From Octopus sinensis (lineage: Eukaryota), in assembly GCF_006345805.1 (NCBI RefSeq), contig NW_021836674.1, forward strand, positions 1 to 23,272: a stretch of 23,272 nucleotides of DNA, written 5' to 3'. Positions 10,425 to 20,691 of the stretch are shown here, in pieces. Each line of letters starts with the position of its first letter. The first letter of the stretch is position 1. The notes under the pieces were generated by a model. That model saw nothing but the letters and a program-made list of their open reading frames with translations. It was not told the origin of the DNA and ran no database searches. A program made the translations under genes and the position numbers.

Positions 10425-11065
10425 CCCGGAGGATGTTGCGATTGATATTTGTGTCGACTGTCTGAGTTCAAATCACGCCGAGGTCAACTTTGCGTTTTCT
10501 CATTTCGGAATCGATATAATAAAATACCAATTAAGCACAATGGATTGGCGGAACTGTTACGTCTGACGAGATGCCTTGCAGTTAGGCGTCTGTGAGTTCA
10601 AATCTCGCCGAGGTCAACTTAGCCTTTTTTTCATTTCGGGATCGATGGCAATAAAAAAAAAAAAAGACAAGGTATCCAGTCCAAGGCAATGTGTTGGTGT
10701 AAACTGTCAGAATGTCGGACGAGATGCATTGCAATACCTATTCCGGCTCAAAATGCGGCGAGCTGGCAGAATCGTTAGCACACTGGGCAAAATGCTTAGC
10801 GACATTTCGTCTGTCTTTACATCCTGAGTTCAAATTCCACCAAGGTCGACTTTACTTTTCATCCTTTCGAGGTCGATAAATTAAATACCAGTTGCGTACT
10901 GGGGTCGATCTAATTGACTAGCCCCCTCCCCCAAAAAGGTTGATTTTGCTTTTCATCATTTCGGGGGTAGATAAAATATGTACCCATTGAGCACTGGATT
11001 TGATCTCATCGACTTACTCCGTCCCTTGAAATTTCTGGCCTTGTACCAAAATTCGAAACCAATAT
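10425..11065 (+). mobile_element. Head-to-tail cluster of four family A SINE copies or fragments (best preserved 10755-10935)
   Basis: Three B-box/body motifs GAGTTCAAAT(C)xCGCCGAGGTCAACTT / GAGTTCAAATTCCACCAAGGTCGACTT and a fourth body GGTTGATTTTGCTTTTCATCATTTCGGGGG..GGCCTTGTACCAAAATTCGAAACC. Confidence 0.85.
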
Positions 11066-11384
11066 TTATTCCGGGTTTCTAACAACAGCTGCTAAGACAC
11101 TGGTCACATAGGTCGCACTGGTCAAGCTACATCTGTCCCAGAAGGAAGCTGTTCCCTTGGGTAAATCTCGATGGCGTGGAGAGTGGGGTGAAACTTGCAT
11201 ACGTAGGGAACAGCTAGTTTTATTCAAAAAATCTTGGCTAGATTTGCACGTGCAGATGCGTGGTCAACATTTGATCGACGGAGGTCCTTTATAGGACTAG
11301 GTACTATAGTCATATACATGTCTTTATATAGGAAATTAAATGCAGTGATGGGGTCATGTATGCCTGGCCCCTAAAAAAAAAGCA

Positions 11385-11614
11385 TTATCTATTATCTTTT
11401 ACATGTTTCAGTTATTGGTCTGCGTCCATGTTGAGCCATCGCTTTCAATGGTTTACTCTGACAGATCGACCCCCAATTCTTATACAATCGGTGTCTTTTA
11501 TCGAAGAGCCAAGTTACGGGGATGTAAACAAACCAGCACCGGTTGTCAATCGTAAATGGGAGAGAAACACAAACACAGACGCACATACGCACACATTTAC
11601 CTGTATACATATGC

Positions 11615-11649
<35 letters not shown>

Positions 11650-11779
11650 CAGACAGATACTCACAAGTATTTATCGGTCCGGGGTTATATAGTAGAAGAC
11701 ACTTTCCCAAAGTGCCGTACAGTGGGACGGAACCCGAAACTAGTTGGTCGCAAAGCGAGTTTCTTAACCACGCGACCAT
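11385..11779 (-). mobile_element. Family B SINE, full length, with internal (GATA)n spacer
   Basis: Tail TTTTACATGTTTCAGT.., spacer 11570-11660, head TAGTAGAAGACACTTTCCCAAAGTGCC..GAACCCGAAAC..TTCTTAACCAC. Confidence 0.85.
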
Positions 11780-11824
11780 CACTGTACTTATGCTGACTTG
11801 GTCATTTTTTTCTATTTTTTTTAA

Positions 11825-12010
11825 AGCAATTGATGAACTCTGATATAGTAGATCAGTGATCAAAGACGTTCCAGTCATGACCAGCCCGTTTTTTTTTTAT
11901 TTTCTCGAACGCCCCCTTAACAATTCCTTCATTTTTCAAGACAACAGATTGTAATTTGTGAGCGATTTGGCTGCTGTTTCTTGACCGTAGAGCGTTACCA
12001 TAGAGGTCCT
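11825..12010 (-). mobile_element. Family D repeat copy
   Basis: GATCAAAGACGTTCCAGTCATGACCAGCCCGT..AAGAC..GATTTGGCTGCTGTTTCT. Confidence 0.7.
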
Positions 12011-12039
12011 CGTCCCCTGTCGGCTTGAAGTATTGGGAA

Positions 12040-12124
12040 CATCACCACCAACAACATCACCACCACCACCACCATCACCACCGCACCCACCACCAGCAGC
12101 AGCAGCAGCACCACCACCACCACC

Positions 12125-12167
<43 letters not shown>

Positions 12168-12170
12168 TTG
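12040..12170. repeat. (ACC)/(AGC)/(ACT) compound trinucleotide array
   Basis: Direct reading. Confidence 0.92.
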
Positions 12171-12179
12171 CAAACCATC

Positions 12180-12645
12180 GAGAGAGCCGTTAGTATCTTA
12201 GTCACTGGGCCTATTAGAAATAGCATATGAATCATCCTGAGCCCACAAAACCATACCGCCGTGGTTCCCAACCAGTTTTTGGCCTGTGAACCCCTTTGAT
12301 TCCTATTTTACTCTGCTGCCCCCTCCCCCATATTAAAAAGAAATCCTATAATTATATTTTCATAATTAAATATTATTAGAAATTGGATTAAAAAGAATTG
12401 TTAAAATATATATTTTTTTTTTTGTATTGTAGAAGTACAACCAGTTTATTGCACATAAATTTCAGCAGCAAAATCCTTGTACTGACTCCTGAAGATCATA
12501 TGGACCCTGGTTGAGAAGCTCTGCCCTACCGTCTTAAAGATATATTGAACAGTAGAGTCCCTGATATAGAAAGAGACGAGGTCGTCATGGATTGAACGTT
12601 TTTGCTTATGCATATGTGAGCTGGATCGGAGCTAAGCAATAACAA
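12180..12645 (+). mobile_element. Family D repeat copy interrupted by hAT MITE 1
   Basis: AGAAATAGCA..CCATACCG [MITE] CCCTACCGTCTTAAAGA..GGTCGTCATGG..GCTAAGCAATAACAACAAC. Confidence 0.7.
12259..12523. mobile_element. hAT (Charlie-like) MITE 1, 265 bp, 8-bp TSD
   Basis: TIRs CCGTGGTTCCCAACC and GGTTGAGAAGCTCTG; TSD CCATACCG (12251-12258) / CCCTACCG (12524-12531), 7/8 identical. Confidence 0.85.
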
Positions 12646-12670
12646 CAACAATCACTACTACTACTCCTAC

Positions 12671-12703
<33 letters not shown>

Positions 12704-12835
12704 CACTACTACTACTACTACTACTACAAGTACTACAACCACGCCCATTAAGACCATACGACCACTATTAGCACATCTACCTCAGCTAACTCCACAACAA
12801 CTACTACTACTACTACTACTACTATTGTAGCTCGA
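12646..12835. repeat. (AAC)/(ACT)/(GCT) compound trinucleotide array
   Basis: Direct reading. Confidence 0.9.
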
Positions 12836-12894
12836 ACAATAAGTTATGACAATAACGTACCACTACCAAAATCCACACCAACATGAAAGCACAA

Positions 12895-13115
12895 GTGAGC
12901 CCCTATGTAGTCGTTCGAGGTGCTAGAAATAGCAGTCAACTTTCACTAAAACCACACATTATACTCTTCGGGAAAGACGGACATTATCGATAATAAATAT
13001 ATTACAGTATGACTGTAATCGCAGTATGACTGAAAATATATAGTAAAGGCAGGCTGGTCACGGTTGGCATACTTTTGAATACAACTCTAAGTTGTCAGGA
13101 CTGACCTGGCGTGGG
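12895..13115 (+). mobile_element. Family D repeat copy, followed by (AAC)-rich tract 13125-13255
   Basis: GTCGTTCGAGGTGCTAGAAATAGCAGTCAAC..GGCTGGTCACGGTTGG..GGACTGACCTGG. Confidence 0.75.
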
Positions 13116-13254
13116 AATTCGACAACATTCACAAACACAACAAAAGCAACAACAATAACAAAAACAACCATAAGGTATACATAAAAAATAACAAAAACAT
13201 CAACAACATAAAAATAACATCAATAACAACATAAATAAAAGCAATCAACAAAAA

Positions 13255-13762
13255 CAAGTCACTTCGTAGAAAACTAGGACGGCTGGAAATAGCAGCTAAT
13301 ATCTCCTTCAAAAATTATACCCTGTCGTTTTATATTTTAGATCAGTGGTTCCCAAAGTGGACGATATTGCCCCGCTGGGGGCTGTGGAAAGTTTCAAAGG
13401 GCTCATTGAAGAAAAGTGGAGCGATAATGGGGTAGCGATTCATGTAAAAACAACAAAATAATGTGTTCATTAGGTTAAGTTTTATTTGTTAAATACAGTT
13501 TGCTTTGAATTTGTTTGAGAAAGAGATCTATGTTTGTGATGGTTTGTTGGATGGGGCGCTAGAAATGTGGCCAAGGTGTCAAGGGGGTTGCAGCCTGAAA
13601 AATGTTTGGGAATCACTGCATTAAATAATAATGTGGTCCTATAATAGACTGTCTGAAAATAAGACGAGCTGGATGGAGGACATGGCCGGAACACCGATGA
13701 CAATCGTAAGGTCTGTCAGCTCGATCAGAGCAGAGCAGAGCAGACCTGGTGTTGAATAACAA
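13255..13762 (+). mobile_element. Family D repeat copy interrupted by hAT MITE 2
   Basis: GCTGGAAATAGCAGCTAATATCTCCTTCAAA..CCCTGTCGT [MITE] ..AATGTGGTCCT..GTCTGAAAATAAGACG..GATC..GACCTGG..AACAAC. Confidence 0.75.
13343..13618. mobile_element. hAT (Charlie-like) MITE 2, 276 bp
   Basis: TIRs CAGTGGTTCCCAAA and TTTGGGAATCACTG (13/14); flanks TTTTAGAT / CATTAAAT (5/8, resembling the NTCTAGAN Charlie target). Confidence 0.85.
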
Positions 13763-13799
13763 CTGTTACTAATTACACCAACGTTATAAAGCAAAACAT

Positions 13800-14558
13800 C
13801 ACTTCTACCACCACCACCACCATCACCATCACCACCGCCGCCGCCGCCACTACCACCCATCACCATCACCACCACCGCCGCCGCCGCCACTACCACCACC
13901 ACCACCACCACCACCACCACCACCACCACCACCAGAATCACCACCTGAACCACCACTACAACCACAACAACTACCACCTCCGCAGCCACTCCATCCCACC
14001 CTCACCACCACCACTACCACAACCACCAGATCCACCACCTCCACAGCTACCACAACCACCATAGCCACCATAACCACCACAGCCACCACCACAACCACCA
14101 GAACCACCACCTCCACAGCCGCCGCCACCACAACAACAACCAGAACTACAAACACCAAGGCGATGACCATCACCGTCACCACAACACACCAGCACCAGCA
14201 CCACTACTACAAACATGACCTCCACTCTCACAACAACCACCACCACCGCGACAATCTATCACACCGACTCCATTACCACAACCGCCACAACCACCACTAT
14301 TCACTATCTCCACTACTACTACTACCACCGCCGCCACCACCACTGACATCACCACCACCGCCACCACTGACATCACAACCACTAAATCCCACCTTCACCA
14401 ACCACCACCACTACCAACAGAACCAAACGCTTTCACTATCATTACAACCATTGCTTACAACAACGCCACTACCGCCGCCACCATTACCACTACACCCACG
14501 ACGACGATCACCACCTCCACCACCACCACCACCATGGTTTCTCTCTCTCGACTGCCGT

Positions 14559-14589
<31 letters not shown>

Positions 14590-14590
14590 A
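13800..14590. repeat. Long (ACC)n-based low-complexity tract with (GCC) runs, ending in (GCC)9 at 14560-14586
   Basis: Direct reading. Confidence 0.95.
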
Positions 14591-14800
14591 CGGACATCCG
14601 CCAGTCAGTAACAACAGTCAGTATGATGGACCTGTTGATTGTTACAGTACAGATGAGAGAGAGAGCTGAGCGGTAAGGTAGGTGAAAAAAAATACGTTAC
14701 TTATACGCGGGGGTCTCTACAGCATATTACTGCTGTTGGTGTTGGTGTTGATGATGATGATGATGATGACAAGGACGATGTTAGAAATGATGATGATGAT

Positions 14801-14950
14801 ATTTGGCGCCGGGTCAGTTCTAATCGAGCACGCCTTTGATCAAGCTCGAAGGACAACATTATGTAATGTTTTATTTCCTTATGCAAGACAGTGAGGTGAT
14901 TTCAGGAAGATTTGGCTGCTATTTCTCAACAGATCTATGACAACCAGCGT
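14801..14950 (-). mobile_element. Family D repeat copy with (ATC)n tail
   Basis: GGGTCAGTTCTAATCGAGCA..TTTGATCAA..AAGAC..GAAGATTTGGCTGCTATTTCT. Confidence 0.7.
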
Positions 14951-14969
14951 GTATGCTTCGTGTATGCGG

Positions 14970-15130
14970 GCTGTGTGTGTGTGTGTGTGTGTGGTGTGTG
15001 TGTGTGTATGTTTACATTTTTTACGGACAAACTAAACTACATTAGTTTCGTCTATGGGACGCTGTGATATTCAAATGTACACATACATTCGTGCGTACAT
15101 AATACATAAACATAACACATGCATAAACAT

Positions 15131-15164
<34 letters not shown>

Positions 15165-15192
15165 ATACATACAGACAGACAGACAGACAGAC

Positions 15193-15276
<84 letters not shown>
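14970..15276. repeat. (TG)n, (CA)n and (GACA)n(GATA)n microsatellites
   Basis: Direct reading. Confidence 0.93.
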
Positions 15277-15452
15277 CCTCCGTCAGTTAAGGGTGCTTAT
15301 GTATCTACAAGCAACTTTTTCCACTCCATTCTCACTCGGCTGTCTGCGTGACACCAGTGTTGTATTTATATTCATACAGGGCGGTGCTGGGTTCAATCCC
15401 ACTGCATGGCACCTTCTGCAAGTGTCTTCTGCTATAGACTCGAGCCGGTATA

Positions 15453-16338
15453 CAAGGTGCGGTGAATAAATTGTCGTCTAAATTACGCTAAAATGAAAAT
15501 AACTCTGACATCTTATTTTAACAGACATATTTACCAAAATTACATAAAAATATCTTGAAATACTAAAGAGTAAATTTATTCAATAAAATCGCCATTGGCT
15601 TCAACCACGGCCTCCAGACAACTTCGGAATCTCCTGGAGATCCTTCTGGTCGGTCGCCTTGTTTAAGTTGGTGAATGCAGCCATAACCTTTGCTTTCAGC
15701 TCATCTTTGGTGTTACAAGGTGTTTTGTTGGTCTCCCGCTCAAATACGCCCCACACATAATAATCAAGGGGCTTGCAGTCTGTAGAATTAGGTGGCCAGA
15801 TGTTAGGGATTATGTGGTCGCAGAAATTGTTTTGCAGCCATGACTGGGTTCTCCTGCTTGTGTGGCATGGTGCAGAGTCCTGTTGCCAGACACAGGGTCT
15901 TCCAGCAGCCAAACTCTGATCCAGGGCAGCACTACCTCCTCCGGACACTTGATGTAGGCGTCTGTGTTGAGCCCGAGCCGTATGGGAAGATGGATAGAGG
16001 CATAACGTCACCATCACTAGTGATCACTCCAAACACTATGATGTTGACTGGATGTTTGATTTTTATCATTATCGGTCCATGTTTTGGCGACACGGCAAAC
16101 CAACGTTCGCTCTATGTAATCACCATCTGTTCGTGTTGGCGCTTCCGGCGCGAATGCCAAGCAGTACAGTATGTCGTTTCCAAATTTCTGGCAGAGTGAA
16201 TTGCGTCATGGTGCTGCTTTTCTCACGGACGGTGCCCAACGGACCTTACTGTACTGTGTAGTAGTAAAATCAAAAACAAACAATGCGCACGTGCGAAATT
16301 AAAATATAATATGGTGACAATTTATCCATCGCACATTG
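15453..16338 (-). mobile_element. Internally deleted Tc1/mariner DD37D (maT) transposon, 886 bp, TA TSD
   Basis: TA-CAAGGTGCGGTGAATAAATTGTC (15451-15475) vs reverse complement of the right end TA-CAATGTGCGATGGATAAATTGTC; transposase remnant inside. Confidence 0.92.
15576..16209 (-). pseudogene. maT (DD37D) transposase remnant
   Basis: N-terminal MTQFTLPEIWKRHTVLLGIRAGS joined by deletion to RWFAVSPK..KHPVNIIVFGVITSDGDVMP..AYIK..VVLPWI..WQQDSAPCHTS..WPPNSTDCKPLDYYVWG..LEAVVEANGDFIE*. I count 37 residues between the D of QQD and the D of PLDYY. Several frameshifts; the DNA-binding region and first catalytic D are missing. Confidence 0.9.
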
Positions 16339-16358
16339 TATGCATGTGAGTGTGTTCA

Positions 16359-16405
<47 letters not shown>

Positions 16406-17134
16406 GACATATATATATGTATATAGATATATGTGTGTGAGGTGTGTGTATGTGAGGTGTGTGTGTGTGTGTGTATGTATGTGTGTGTGTGCTTCCCCCA
16501 TCACCGCTTGACAACCGGTGTTGGTGTGTTTACGCCCCCGTAACTTAGCAGTTCAGCATAAGTGGTGCGACAGAATCAGTACCAGACTTCAACAAAAAGT
16601 TCTGGAGTCGGTTCTTTCGATTAAAACATCTCCAAGGCGATGCCCCAGCATGGCCGCAGTCTAGATAAACGATAACTGATACTTGCACAGAACCCTCTTT
16701 AGGCATGATCAAACTGGGACCTTACCCGGGAGCTCCACATGTATGGGGTGGGGGACCCAATGGAGATCTGTGAATGCCGTAACTTGCCTGTCAGTAAGTA
16801 GGGTCTATAACGATGCTGTAACGCACGGTACTGCTTTAACACTACGCTGCTATAACTCACGGACCTATAATGCTGATGGCGTTATACTTAGGCACACTTA
16901 CAACAATACGTAAACAAATATGAGATCGCTTACACGAGGAAACGTATTCGTATACAGAAGTATTAAACACGTAGACCCATACCTACCTAGGGTCCCCGAA
17001 GGTCCTATTTTAAAAGATCCCTTTTGATTAAAAACCTACCCCACCTTTATTTTTTCTCTCTCTCCAAAAAAGAAAAGCTCTACTTTGTAATCTGTCCCGT
17101 CTGTGTGCAGCCCTATGTGGCTAATAAAGAAACA

Positions 17135-17730
<596 letters not shown>

Positions 17731-17989
17731 TACCGACCTCACTATATTTGTATGTATATCTATATTTACACATTCACACAAATATACACACGCACATATG
17801 TTTTATAAAAACATATACATGCATATATATAAATGCGTGTGTGTATAATATATATACATATACACACACACACACACGCACACACACACACACACACATA
17901 ATATATAAGGGAGAATTCAAAACAAAAAAAAAGACTAATCAACTGACCACCCTCCCCCCAAAAACAAAAAAAAACAAAAGACAGTTGGT

Positions 17990-18054
17990 GTAGATAATAT
18001 ATATATAATATATATATATAACATATATATATATAATATATTATATATATATAT

Positions 18055-18102
<48 letters not shown>

Positions 18103-18215
18103 ATATATATATATATATATATATATGAGAGTTAACTTTATATAGGTTAACTCTAGTGCTAGAAATAGCTCCTCCGGTATAATATATATATAATATATTA
18201 TATATATATATATAA
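17990..18215. repeat. (TA)n-rich block
   Basis: Direct reading. Confidence 0.92.
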
Positions 18216-18282
18216 ACATATGATTATGTGTGTGCGCGTGTGTGAATGTAAATATAAATACCTGCATACATAAACACATACA

Positions 18283-18672
18283 GACGTGTTTGTTTAGAAA
18301 GAAGCTTGCTTCCCAACCACATGGTTCCGGGTTCGGTCACATTCCGTGACATCTTGGGCAAGTGTCTTCTGCTTTAGCCCCGGGCCGACCAGAGCCTTGT
18401 TGAGTGGATTTAATAGACGGAAACAGATAGAAGTCCGTCATGTGTACGTATGTATATATATATACACCTGCATAAACGCATACAGGCATGTATGTGTTTT
18501 TGTGTTTGCTCCCCTCACCCCACCCATAGCTTCACAACCCGTAACTTAGCGATAGAATAAGTACTAGGCTTACAAAGAATAAGCCCTGGGGTCGATTCGC
18601 TCGACTAAAGGCGGTGCTCCAGCACGGCCGCAGTCAAATGACTGAAACAAGTAAAAAAAGAGAGTAAAAGAG
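18283..18672 (+). mobile_element. Family B SINE, near full length (small tail deletion)
   Basis: GAAGCTTGCTTCCCAACCACATGGTTCCGGGTTCGG head, spacer 18443-18500, tail ending GACTGAAACAAGTAAAAAAAGAGAG. Confidence 0.9.
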
Positions 18673-18714
18673 ATTATTATTATTATTATTATTGAGTGAG
18701 AGAGCAGTTCATGC

Positions 18715-18768
<54 letters not shown>

Positions 18769-18771
18769 CAC

Positions 18772-18805
<34 letters not shown>

Positions 18806-18821
18806 GTCATCATCATCATCA

Positions 18822-18873
<52 letters not shown>

Positions 18874-18877
18874 CATT

Positions 18878-18919
<42 letters not shown>

Positions 18920-18965
18920 GTCATCATCATCATCATCATCATTATTATTATTATTATTATTATGA
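18673..18965. repeat. (ATT)n/(ATC)n alternating trinucleotide array
   Basis: Direct reading. Confidence 0.97.
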
Positions 18966-19138
18966 TTATTCATTTTGTTCATCATGTACAAATACGTGTG
19001 TATTCACCATTATTTTAGTCCCTTTTATTCAATATTAGAAAAATTGAAGTGTCGTTGACAATTCAGGCTTGTTTTGAACTTATTTTGTGCGTGACTTTTG
19101 GTCCACTTTTTTATTTCTTTTTCCCCCCGTTGTTTTCT

Positions 19139-19139
<1 letters not shown>

Positions 19140-19205
<66 letters not shown>
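19140..19205. repeat. (CT)n microsatellite
   Basis: Direct reading. Confidence 0.97.
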
Positions 19206-19208
<3 letters not shown>

Positions 19209-19451
19209 ATTCTTCCTGTACATTCTTCTCTCTGTTTTACACAAATCCACCATAGTCGTGGTGAAACAGCAGCGCGGGTGAGAAGGATAAATATAATATT
19301 TTTACACGCACTTAAAGCACAACATATAGAACCAGTATGAGTCACTCGATATGCTAAAAATAATAGCCAATTCGCACTAATAAAAACTACTTCCCACCAC
19401 GAGAAAACAGAAAAGCATAATATAATCCTGGTTCTATGTAGGTTGTATATG

Positions 19452-19612
19452 CTACCTGTTTCAGTCATCGGACTGTGGCCATGCTGGGGCACCGCTTTGG
19501 AGGGTTTTGTCGAACAAATTAGTCTGGTACGTATGGTATAAGTCCCTTTTACCGAGGAAGTAAACAAACCAGTACCGGTTGTCAAGCGATGAGACGAAGG
19601 GGAAATAAACAC
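19452..19612 (-). mobile_element. Family B SINE tail fragment, followed by (CA)n 19625-19718
   Basis: CCTGTTTCAGTCATCGGACTGTGGCCATGCTGGGGCACCGC..CCGGTTGTCAAGCG. Confidence 0.85.
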
Positions 19613-19720
19613 AGTCACAACGATGCACACACGCACACGCACACACGCACACACACACACACACACGCACACACACCCACACACACACACACACACACAC
19701 ACCACACACACTTACACACG

Positions 19721-19986
19721 CTACAGGTTCGGGTTTCAGTCTCCCTGCTGGGCACACTGGGTAAATGTCTTCTAATAAAACCTGGAGTTGACCAAAGCCT
19801 CGTAAGTGGATTTGGTAGAGTGAAACTGAAAGCAGCGCCATCGTTGCTTGACAACCGATGTTAGTGTGTTTATGTCCCTGTTACTTGGCGGTTAGGTAAA
19901 AGAGACCGATAGAATAAGTACTAGGCTTACAAAGAATAAGTCCTGGGGTCAATTTCGTCAACTAAAACCCTTTAAGGCGGTACTCC
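19721..19986 (+). mobile_element. Family B SINE lacking the internal microsatellite spacer
   Basis: Head ..GGATTTGGTAGAGTGAAACTGAAAGCAGC runs directly into tail GCTTGACAACCGATG..GGCGGTACTCCA. Confidence 0.85.
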
Positions 19987-19989
19987 ATA

Positions 19990-20037
19990 CATACATAAAT
20001 ATATGTGTGTGTGTATACGTATATACGTATATACGTG

Positions 20038-20068
<31 letters not shown>

Positions 20069-20099
20069 ATACGTATATACGTATATACGTGTATATATA

Positions 20100-20133
<34 letters not shown>

Positions 20134-20180
20134 GTATGTATGTATGTATGTATGTATGTATGTATGTATATGTATATACG
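19990..20180. repeat. (TG)/(TATACG)/(TATG) compound microsatellite with a duplicated block of about 55 bp
   Basis: GTATACGTATATACGTATATACGTG occurs twice. Confidence 0.9.
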
Positions 20181-20530
20181 TGAAGGCGCATAGCTCAGTG
20201 GTTAGAGCGTCAAGGTTACGATCATAAGGTTGTGAGTTCGAATTCCGGACCAGGGCTACGTGTTGTGTTCTTGAGCAAGACACTTTATTATTTCACGTTG
20301 CTCCAGTTCACTCGGCTGTAGAAATGAGTTGCGACGTCACAGGTACCAAGCTGTATCGGCCCTTTCCTTTCCCTTGGATAACATCGGTGGATAACATCCT
20401 TGGATAACAGCGTGAAGAGGGGAGCCTGGCATGCATGGGCGACTGTTAGTCTTCCATAAACAACCTTGCCGGACTTGTGCTTGAGAGGGTAACTTTCTAT
20501 GTGCAATCCCATGGCCAGTCATAACCGAGG
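20181..20530 (+). mobile_element. Family C CORE-like SINE, full length, tRNA-derived head (possibly Arg-related)
   Basis: A-box TAGCTCAGTGG (20191-20201), B-box GTTCGAATTCC (20236-20246), ACG at the anticodon-like position, CORE-like TCTTGAGCAAGACACTTTA..CTCCAGTTCACTCGGCTGTAGAAATGAG; GGATAACA occurs three times in the body. Possibly the described octopus OR2-type CORE-SINE (recall, unverified). Confidence 0.9.
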
Positions 20531-20540
20531 GGTCTTAGCA

Positions 20541-20573
<33 letters not shown>

Positions 20574-20586
20574 ATATATAGCAAAA

Positions 20587-20620
20587 ACTGTACGATGAAC
20601 GGCAACGGGAAACTCAGAGT
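20587..20620 (+). ncRNA. Strongly degenerate minimal hammerhead-like motif (HHR-3) in a 75-bp island between (TA)n tracts
   Basis: ACTGT | ACGATGA | ACG GCAA CGG | GAAA CTC | AGAGT: stem I 4/5, core with two changes, GNRA-capped short stem II, GAAA, then CUC. Confidence 0.4.
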
Positions 20621-20691
20621 AATAAGTTTTGTTGAATTTTCTGCTGCTTAATAAAGTATATATATATATATATATAGATATATATATATAT

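Larger units (their letters stand above)
15385..16675 (+). mobile_element. Family B SINE split by the maT transposon (head 15385-15449; spacer and tail 16341-16675)
   Basis: GGGTTCAATCCCACTGCATGGCACCTT..CAAGTGTCTTCTGCTATAG before the transposon; (TA)/(TG) spacer and CCGCTTGACAACCGGTG..CCAGCATGGCCGCAGTC tail after it. Confidence 0.75.

Noticed and set aside
12040-14590. Alternation of repeat units and spacers superficially like a CRISPR array
   Set aside because: Eukaryotic context, no constant direct repeat or spacer length, no cas genes; explained by family D copies and their tails.
16688-17024. Possible old hAT-Tip100-like element (CAGAACCCTCTTTAGGCA.. / ..CCTAGGGTCCCCGAAGG..)
   Set aside because: Terminal inverted match too weak and no TSD found.
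19256-19277. Possible 22-nt micro-exon (CATAG|..CGG|GTGAGA) after the (CT)n tract
   Set aside because: Weak acceptor, frame-shifting length; chance match likely.
20185-20256. tRNA-like sequence with A and B boxes
   Set aside because: The acceptor and anticodon stems do not pair properly, there is no T-run terminator, and it continues into a CORE-like SINE body: a SINE head, not a tRNA gene.
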